Shown here piece after piece: positions 32,701-38,096 of a stretch of DNA of 44,391 nt (positions are counted from its first letter, which is position 1; each line of letters opens with the position of its first letter). The notes under the pieces are model-generated. The model did no database searches. It was not told the DNA's origin and saw only the letters and a list, made by a program, of their open reading frames with translations. A program made the position numbers and the translations under genes. The stretch covers positions 1 through 44,391 of the forward strand of contig QKJH01000181.1 in assembly GCA_003250865.1 (NCBI GenBank). The letters run 5' to 3'. Origin of the DNA: Alphaproteobacteria bacterium. Lineage in GTDB: Bacteria > Pseudomonadota > Alphaproteobacteria > Micavibrionales > SZUA-601.

Positions 32701-34964
32701 GGAATATAGTCAAGCTCACGCTGGCTCATATACCGCCCGTCCGCGATAAGCTCATCAATGCGCTTGGCAACCTTGCCCCACGGCAGGATAACCTTGTCGT
32801 AGGGCATATGATTATTTTCCCGGCTGAATGAAATACCTTTGCTGTCGTGCCATTCGGTAGTACCACTGCCACCTGTTCCGTATTCATCTTTTAAGAAATT
32901 GGATTTTTCTTTGGCGGTATGGTTTTGTAAAAAGAAAGAATAGACGCGGAATTTACTGTCCTCAATATTTGCCCCGCCGATTAAGAGCGCGTCAACCTCG
33001 TCCTGTGTTATAAAACCCGGACGCGCGGTGGAAACCGATTCGTCGGCGGTAAACACAAGAGATTCGCGCTGTAAGTCTTTAAGCCCGCGCAGAGCGTCCG
33101 GTACATGCCAATGGAGATAATTTATCCACTTAAAATCATCTGATAATGCACCTGACCGCGCAATCTGCCAATCGCCGTCCAACTTATTGATAACGAGCTG
33201 GAGAGTTTCGGGATTGCATAGATGTTCTGCTATTACAGGGACACATTGATGGAAATTGGAACCGTTTACTGTCCATTCCTGCGGCAGTTTTCCCACGCCG
33301 TCCCGGTAGATGAAATACAGTTTTGAGGTCAATTCCGATAACACAAGGCCGTCTGCCTTGTCGATTTCTTTTTGCGGGGCATATCGGCCCATGTCCAGCA
33401 GTTCGCGGATTCGCCTTGCCGCCTGTTCCCATGTAACAACGGAAGCGTCTGCGACGTTCAGCGCGGTGTCGCCTACGGCAACATGGATTCCGCTCTCGTT
33501 AAACCAAGCCGCTACATGATTCCCGCCGAAAAGAAAGCCCTTGCCGCCGCTGCCGTACTCCTGTTTGAGAAAATCAGCATTATCGGCTGTTGTATGGTCT
33601 TTTTTGAAATAGTAAACAATACGGTGGATGCTATTTTCCTTGTTGCCGCCGCTGGTCAAAACTTCGTCAATGATTTGCTGAGAAAAAGAAAAAGCGGAGG
33701 ATTTGGCTTTCGCCGTTTCCTCCGCTTCACCCATAAGGGTAAGCTGTTGGTATTCTGTTGGCAGGGGTTTTATGCGAATATCAGGTCGTTCAGTATCGTT
33801 TCCTCCGCCGCCTGCCGGATGTTGTTCATCAACCCCACCCACTGCATTTGATTCTCGGCTTTCATCTGCTCCGTAACGCCCTGTGCCGCCGCCATCTGTG
33901 CGGTCAGCAGTTCCATCCTCTCGTTGGCCGTCTGCTCGGTCTCCATCAGGTGTTGGTTGAGGGTGCAACTCGTCAGCAGATTGGTGAACAGAATCCTGCG
34001 GTGCTGTTTCAGATATTTCTTTCGGAGCAATGCGTACTTGCCAAGGGTTACGGGCGGTTCCTCCGGTACTGTCAGGTTGGGTACGCGATAGTTGCTCTCC
34101 ATCCGATATGTCAGTTCCATATTCAAAACTCCTCTCATGTTGCTCTTTATTTGTATCATCATTATGGGGTATTTTCTCTTTGGATGCAAATGTGCGATTT
34201 ATATTTCTTTCTTGTTTTTGCAAAGTTATCACGGTAGCCGCAATTTCACGCAGACAGGTTTCCGCAATGTCGCTGGTCGCTATACCGAGAGCATTGACGG
34301 TCTGCCGGGTATTAAATTCCGCAATGCTTTGAAAGTCCTCAAAATTAAAATAGCTTTCACCGTCGATACCGCAGCGGATCAGAAGCATATACGCTACGCT
34401 GTTTTGAAGTGCGGTACGGTAAGCCACTTCCACGTTGAAGTCGTCCAGTTCTTCCAAAAAGCTGTCCTCACGGCAGTACTTGAGTTCATTCAGATAATCT
34501 GTGAGGTTATCGTCCACGGCGTTTTTTGCCGCAGAAATAAGGGCGGCGGCCAATGTGGACGTGTCCTCAAGCTCGCCAAAGGAATTTTCCAAATGCTCAA
34601 TGACTTCGGCATCATACCGTGCGTTCATCTGCCAAATTGGTACAGGTCGGGCGTTACGGCTCTCATGGGTGTCTGAAATATCAAAATAATGCTTCAGACG
34701 GGAATTGCCGTTATGCTCATCATCAAAGACGGCAATCCCTGTCGCGCCTTTGTTTACCCATCGGCCAAACTGCTTGTTCCATTTTTCAATTTCAAGGACA
34801 GCCGTTGCGTCCGGGCGTTGGGTGTAAATCAGGATTTGCTCGTCAAAGCGGCATTTGTAGTTGCGGCAGGCAGAGCGCATGAACCTCATCCACTCGGTCG
34901 GTGTGTTTGTCACCCGCCCAAGGGTGGATTCATATGCGTCTGTGATTAGCTGGTATTTTGTCAT
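26709..34964 (-). CDS. polyvalent protein: ArdC-N-like domain, duplicated LPD-type domains, N6-adenine DNA methyltransferase, SNF2-family helicase
   Basis: Uninterrupted 2751-codon ORF with an AAAGGAGG SD. MTase motif I NVLEPSCGIGNFF (31149-31187) and motif IV GNVPFG (30972-30989). Helicase GAGKT (29130-29144), DEAH (28650-28661), TGTPISNS and QRLGRIVRQGN. Confidence 0.85.
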   Translation of the reverse strand: MTKYQLITDAYESTLGRVTNTPTEWMRFMRSACRNYKCRFDEQILIYTQRPDATAVLEIEKWNKQFGRWVNKGATGIAVFDDEHNGNSRLKHYFDISDTHESRNARPVPIWQMNARYDAEVIEHLENSFGELEDTSTLAAALISAAKNAVDDNLTDYLNELKYCREDSFLEELDDFNVEVAYRTALQNSVAYMLLIRCGIDGESYFNFEDFQSIAEFNTRQTVNALGIATSDIAETCLREIAATVITLQKQERNINRTFASKEKIPHNDDTNKEQHERSFEYGTDISDGEQLSRTQPDSTGGTARNPWQVRIAPKEISETAPQDSVHQSADELHPQPTPDGDRADGQREDGTADRTDGGGTGRYGADESRESNAVGGVDEQHPAGGGGNDTERPDIRIKPLPTEYQQLTLMGEAEETAKAKSSAFSFSQQIIDEVLTSGGNKENSIHRIVYYFKKDHTTADNADFLKQEYGSGGKGFLFGGNHVAAWFNESGIHVAVGDTALNVADASVVTWEQAARRIRELLDMGRYAPQKEIDKADGLVLSELTSKLYFIYRDGVGKLPQEWTVNGSNFHQCVPVIAEHLCNPETLQLVINKLDGDWQIARSGALSDDFKWINYLHWHVPDALRGLKDLQRESLVFTADESVSTARPGFITQDEVDALLIGGANIEDSKFRVYSFFLQNHTAKEKSNFLKDEYGTGGSGTTEWHDSKGISFSRENNHMPYDKVILPWGKVAKRIDELIADGRYMSQRELDYIPEYEKEELAREVVSFYPYQSEDLPRQFPHGTDFWDSVKIVRPQLDEPERVAEILSQMAVMLDNTADFDRNYELMRRAFDHLTAYQNGTFSLFTPMKPAEKETAAPAPKAPELSAVPTDEAVQYDLQLGVSVYLGTDEYEIYSFDDTHVVLRDVKFPIFTQEMPRDEFDRKLRENHLNDGLIKTDEGVTEPQQEPDIDKDAELKDQIRDALDWRGYIVSDELIEVGLEEYDNRGGTGDYKEIADFIEYAYLTEEETPEFLVGKRYEIDGRQFIVDSVDEDADEIKLRDVTFENGVGFPIFRSEPLDFIRQYDPIEEKPQDLPAEKETQQTTSDEPVFKEIEGGLKSIVIDLPPYKPAEKEETLIPAWEQAKRRSRTQTFDPHPEIPMSERHNYRIIDDDLGVGGAKTKFRNNMEAIKTLQAIELENRFATPEEQEVLARYVGWGGLPQAFDPESTSWTNEFSELQATLSPDEYESARSSTLNAHYTSPTVIKAIYKVVENMGFKTGNVLEPSCGIGNFFGLLPESMRESKLFGVELDSLTGRIAQQLYQRNSIAIQGFEKTDLPDSFFDLAIGNVPFGNYKVADKRYDKYKFHIHDYFFARTLDKVRPGGIVAFVTSKGTLDKENPAVRKYIAQRADLLGAIRLPNTAFKANAGTEVTTDIIFLQKRDRIIDIEPDWVHLGQTEDGIPVNSYFAEHPDMILGTMAWDDRMYGNGKETACNPFEDSDLPAQLDEAITNIHAEITEYEYDEDELEEDHSIPSDPNVRNFSYTLVEGQIYYRQDSRMVPVELPVTTQSRVKGLIELRECVRNLIFYQTSDYPDSAIQAEQAKLNRLYDSFTRKYGLINSRGNSIAFSQDSAYCLLCSLEVIDENGELERKADMFSKRTIQAHIPVTHVDTASEALAVSLAEKARVDLPFMAQLTSMTEETLAKELEGVIFLNPMHGYSGNNQEKYLTADEYLSGNVREKLEWAKKSAELYPEDYTVNVKALEAAQPPDLTAAEISVRLGATWLPEDVVQQFMYELLQTPSYARGRVKVHYTHYNGEWNITEKNYDRSNIHSFNTYGTQRINAYKIIEESLNLRDVRVWDKVYDPDGTEKRVLNKKETAIAQAKQELIRSKFQEWIWQDPARRERLCRMYNDKFNSIRPREYDGSHLTFPGMNPEIILRKHQIDAIAHILYGGNTLLAHEVGAGKTFEMVAAAMESKRLGLCNKSLIVVPNHITEQWASEFLQLYPSANILVATKKDFETKNRKKFCARIATGDYDAIIIGHSQFEKIPMSVERQQAMMERQIDEIVMGISEIKANNGERYTIKAMEKMKKNLEVKLKKLNDQSRKDDVVTFEELGTDRLFIDEAHYFKNLFLLTKMRNVGGIAQTEAQKSSDLFMKTQYLDELTGSRGTVFATGTPISNSMVELYTMQRYLQYKELVRQGLQHFDAWASTFGETVTAIELAPEGTGYRAKTRFAKFYNLPELMAMFRQVADIQTADMLKLPVPKANFHTIVIKPSQWQQDMVAELAERAEAIRKGDVDPTVDNMLKVTNDGRKLALDQRLINPMLPDDPEGKVAVCAEKVFRIWEENKDKQLAQLIFCDLSTPKKNNEMVEKDGELHSVEFLNVYDDLRKKLIAKGVPVDETVFIHEATTEAQKKELFAKVRKGQIRNLMGSTQKMGAGTNVQDKLIALHDLDCPWRPSDLAQRLGRIVRQGNKNAEVEIFRYVTEGTFDSYLYQLVENKQKFIAQVMTSKTPARIAEDVDETALSYAEIKALATGNPLIIEKCQLEMDVNKLKILQASHLSQRYALEDKILKEYPQEIKRMTERIAGYKADMETSAKHPADKDHFPPMTVGGILYAEKADAGKAIIEACKAMTSPDPVPVGEYRGFQMILSFDSYAKEYRVTLSGALSHTIKLGTDIHGNITRLDNALESFSSSLQRCESTLADTQTQFKSAQGEVLRPFPQEQEYLTKSARLREVNSLLNMDEKDSAILDYAPDEGETERAPKVAGLER
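33770..34120 (-). CDS. TnpV-like protein, encoded in an alternative frame inside the polyvalent ORF
   Basis: 116 codons from ATG 34118-34120, with a GAGAGGAG SD 8 nt upstream. MELTYR..YRVPNLTVPEE...LGKYALLRKKYLKQHRRILFTNLL...GVTEQMKAENQMQWVGLMNNIRQAAEETILNDLIFA follows the remembered TnpV family pattern. Confidence 0.6.
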   Translation of the reverse strand: MELTYRMESNYRVPNLTVPEEPPVTLGKYALLRKKYLKQHRRILFTNLLTSCTLNQHLMETEQTANERMELLTAQMAAAQGVTEQMKAENQMQWVGLMNNIRQAAEETILNDLIFA

Positions 34965-34978
34965 GGAGATACCTCCTT

Positions 34979-35233
34979 TCAGCGTTCATAATCTCTGTGC
35001 TTTTTATAAAAGCACGGATCGGTTCCGTGTAATTCTCCCGTATATTCAAACAGGTTGTATGCGGGGATATATATTTTTCCGTTTTCCTCACACTTGAAAA
35101 GGTCGCAATCCCTGATCGGTGAGGCGGTGTAAAAATCTTCATACGAGAAATTTTTATCATTCATAATCGGCGCATTGTAATCTACGCCCATTGCCATATT
35201 TTCAAAACTTGCAGCCTTTCCCGTTAGCTTCAT
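34979..35233 (-). CDS. small hypothetical protein (start uncertain)
   Basis: 84 codons from ATG 35231-35233, but that ATG has no SD. The frame stays open upstream to the TGA at 35297-35299, and the only SD (AAGGAGAGG) is there. Confidence 0.5.
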   Translation of the reverse strand: MKLTGKAASFENMAMGVDYNAPIMNDKNFSYEDFYTASPIRDCDLFKCEENGKIYIPAYNLFEYTGELHGTDPCFYKKHRDYER

Positions 35234-35296
35234 AAACGGCGTGAAATGATAGCCGCCGTATTCAAATGTTAGAGCATTTATTTTAATCCTCTCCTT

Positions 35297-36039
35297 TCAG
35301 CGTTCCGGTTCCTTCTTTTTCGGCTGGTTCGGGTTTCGGAGAGTGCCGTCCGCTTCATAATTCCACGGTTTTGCGCCGGGAACAGTCCAACCGAACATAC
35401 TCCCGGTACGCATAGCTTCCTCCTGCGCCTTTGTTATTTCCAATCTTTCATTGATGAGGTCGGCGGTTCTGCGGTTCGTCTGTCGGCCATTGGTTGTATA
35501 ATCACAGCGATAATAGCCCGATTCGCCGCGTTTAATGATAATGACCTCCCCCCGGTATCCGGCAATGTGCTGTAACAAAATTCCGGCAGTTCATGCTGTC
35601 CGGCCAGTTCGGGCAAGAGATAACGATTATCAAAGCAGAAGATATACAGGTCATAATCGCCTTCATGAGGTGTACAGCGAACATAATAGCTGTAAGCGTC
35701 AGTCTGAATTTTGAATCCGGCCTTTGTGTCATGCCAGCCTCCGTTTATATGCTGTTCGGGATGGGCGTAGCAGTATCTGCGCATATCAGCACGGCTTTTT
35801 AATACGGGGTTTTCGATATTCTCCCGAAGATAATTTACCATACCATCAAACTCCGCTTTGAACGCTTCACTTTTTAAATGCTTCTGATTGTCAAACCATG
35901 TGGTATAGAACAGGCTTCCGGTATCGAAATCTCCACGCAAATGCCCGATTGCGCCGAACCGCGCAGGGTCGTCATCCAGCGCGAAAAACAATTTGTGTTC
36001 CTCAGACTGTACGGGTAATAATTCATATTTTTCATTCAT
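35297..36039 (-). pseudogene. LPD-type conjugative-element gene split by a frameshift at a homopolymer
   Basis: ORF 35434..36039 (start MNEKYELL behind TAGGAGG) and ORF 35297..35578 overlap and switch frame at the C6 run 35548-35553 (G6 on the coding strand). The downstream piece has no SD of its own. Confidence 0.55.
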
Positions 36040-36052
36040 CTGCGTAAACCTC

Positions 36053-36871
36053 CTATCGTTCATAATCTCTGCGTTTTGGCTTTTCAGGTTTGAAAGGCAG
36101 ACTGTCTTTCTCCTTGTTTACCCGTCGATACAAATCCCTCATGGCATCCACGCGGCGGTCATAATAATGCCCCCAATCGAAACGCTTGCTGTTTTTATAC
36201 CCCTGCCATGTGACAAAAGGTTGGACGGCACGAGGATTCTCAGCCAATATAAATATCTTTTCATCAACCGGAATCCGAACGGTAGTGGTATAGCCGGATA
36301 CGGTATCTCTATGTGAGACGGGAAGCGTCTCAGGTTCAAAAAAGGATTGCACCGGGACAAAGCCAAAGCTGTCCACATAATATGCCGTAACAGCGTTGTC
36401 CTTCAATAGAACCACCACATCACTCACGGATAACGACCGCATTTTTTGCCCAAACGGTCGGTCATCCGAGTTGTGCCACGCGAACAGCCCATCCAAAGAC
36501 TGACCCCGAGAGAGCATGGCGGCATATACACGCGTATAATCCAGCGGATTGAATGCTATTTTCGCTTCCTCAAAGGAGCGAAAAGCATAATCGGTATTTC
36601 GGATGTCCCGAATTTGATAAATCTCATACATCCCTATATCTTCAGGACGCCTATCGCTTGGGGTGAACACCGCGCTTTTTTCGGCCTGCTCCTGCGCAAA
36701 AGCTCCAGCTTCATAGATACAGCCCCCGATATTTGTTTCAACTGCGCTCACATACTTGCAGGTGAGCGTCGTTTTTTGCCCGATAAAGGAAATGACTTCA
36801 ATACAGGTATTATCGGGCATACGAAACAACTCCCGACGATTTGTATCTGTAAAAACAATCTGTTTGTCCAT
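36053..36871 (-). CDS. YodL-like domain protein
   Basis: MYEIYQIRD...YAFRSFEEA...YTRVYAAML...LSVSDVVVL...AYYVDSFGF follows the YodL-like domain pattern seen in conjugative elements. Confidence 0.6.
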   Translation of the reverse strand: MDKQIVFTDTNRRELFRMPDNTCIEVISFIGQKTTLTCKYVSAVETNIGGCIYEAGAFAQEQAEKSAVFTPSDRRPEDIGMYEIYQIRDIRNTDYAFRSFEEAKIAFNPLDYTRVYAAMLSRGQSLDGLFAWHNSDDRPFGQKMRSLSVSDVVVLLKDNAVTAYYVDSFGFVPVQSFFEPETLPVSHRDTVSGYTTTVRIPVDEKIFILAENPRAVQPFVTWQGYKNSKRFDWGHYYDRRVDAMRDLYRRVNKEKDSLPFKPEKPKRRDYER

Positions 36872-36874
36872 TCG

Positions 36875-37738
36875 TTATCTCTCCTTATCCCTGTATTTTT
36901 CCGCGCCCGATTTTTCTGCTTGAATTGCGGCCGATTTTTCTTTTGCCCACGGGGGCAAGCACTCTGCCCGAACCTCACCCAATACCTCATAACGTTCAAA
37001 CCGGGTGCGCTTACCGTCATGCAGGTGATTACAGAAAACAGCGTTTCCGTGCGGGTTAGCTCTCGCGCCGTTACCTCCTGTGACAAGCACAAGCTGGACA
37101 TCGCCACGGCAGTATTCCGGGCGAAAGACAGCCGCTTTAATGGCAACAATTTTCCCTTCTATGCTTTGGCTGTAATCATTCGGGTAACAATGCTCTGCGG
37201 TAAATAATTCATGGGGCATTTTGCTTTGACTTATCTCATTACGCATCATTTCAATTTGCTTGCTCACCCGTTCGGTAAACTCCTGCATCGCTTCCAGAAA
37301 ATCGTCGCTCACCATACAGTCGGAATATTGTCCAATCAAATCGTTGCAGGTGTAATTGCCAACAAAATAACACATCCCGTTTTCCGCTTTTTCATCCACG
37401 GCAAACAGGATTTCCTTATCACCCACATGAATACCGTGCTTCACTTCATAAGCTGTATCGCTCACCATGCGGATTTGCTCTTTGGCTTCCAGCTTTTCTT
37501 CTATTTCGCGCAAGCCTTCTAACAGCGGCTTGACCTCCGCAACATAAATCTCATGATCGTCGAAGGTATCGGATATTTCCTCAATATCCTTGATGGTTTC
37601 CCGTACTAACGGGAGATCGGATAAATAGTCCTCAATCTCGGCAATAGGAGTCTGCGAATCATCGTTTTCATAATGGCCGTTTTTGTCATTATCCTTTAGA
37701 AATTCATATATTTGTTTGGCAAATGCCTTTTTATCCAT
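36875..37738 (-). CDS. hypothetical conjugative-element protein
   Basis: 287-aa ORF, acidic N-terminal half, AAAGGAGAGAG SD. No family recognised with confidence. Confidence 0.6.
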   Translation of the reverse strand: MDKKAFAKQIYEFLKDNDKNGHYENDDSQTPIAEIEDYLSDLPLVRETIKDIEEISDTFDDHEIYVAEVKPLLEGLREIEEKLEAKEQIRMVSDTAYEVKHGIHVGDKEILFAVDEKAENGMCYFVGNYTCNDLIGQYSDCMVSDDFLEAMQEFTERVSKQIEMMRNEISQSKMPHELFTAEHCYPNDYSQSIEGKIVAIKAAVFRPEYCRGDVQLVLVTGGNGARANPHGNAVFCNHLHDGKRTRFERYEVLGEVRAECLPPWAKEKSAAIQAEKSGAEKYRDKER

Positions 37739-37762
37739 AAAAACTCTCTCCTTTTTAATTTC

Positions 37763-38026
37763 TCATTTCAAAATATACTTGTTAGGCGCACGGCCTCCGT
37801 AATCGTCGTATTGTGCGACAACCTCGATATAACCCGCGTCACGGAGCCTGCGCAGATTGCGGCTGACGGTGGATTTCGCAATCCGCAGGGATTCGCTGAT
37901 CCGGCGCTGTGGAATGGTCACGACATTGTTTTCGTCTGTAATATCCATCAGGATAAGGTAAAGCAGCTTGCCGGATATGGATGTGTCCACCTCTCCGAAG
38001 GGCTTGTACTTTGCCATTTTATTCAT
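37763..38026 (-). CDS. winged-helix / HTH transcriptional regulator
   Basis: Start at ATG 38024-38026, 8 nt after AAGGAGG. IPQRRISESLRIAKSTVSRNLRRLRDAGYI is the HTH. Confidence 0.7.
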   Translation of the reverse strand: MNKMAKYKPFGEVDTSISGKLLYLILMDITDENNVVTIPQRRISESLRIAKSTVSRNLRRLRDAGYIEVVAQYDDYGGRAPNKYILK

Positions 38027-38055
38027 TAAATAAACCTCCTTGTTCATGTAAGAAA

Positions 38056-38078
38056 GGGCGGCTTTTAGAAAGTCGCCC
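38056..38078 (-). terminator. weak hairpin after the 927-aa gene
   Basis: GGGCG ... CGCCC is a 5-6 bp stem, with TTTCTT following on the minus strand. Confidence 0.3.
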
Positions 38079-38096
38079 CTCGTCTGTGATTCTGAT

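Noticed and set aside
27345-34949. Many plus-strand ORFs of 60-190 aa (for example 29535..29993, 30234..30716, 32088..32636, 34092..34676) and short minus-strand alternative-frame ORFs inside the 8.2-kb gene.
   Set aside because: They are antisense or off-frame to a gene with clear MTase and helicase motifs. Their translations are low complexity or rich in R/S/C/F, and they have no SDs. The TnpV-like ORF is the only embedded frame with protein-like sequence and its own SD.
35297-35299. In-frame TGA between two small ORFs read as selenocysteine.
   Set aside because: No SECIS-like hairpin follows the TGA, and an SD sits immediately after it. The context fits an ordinary stop followed by reinitiation or a damaged start.
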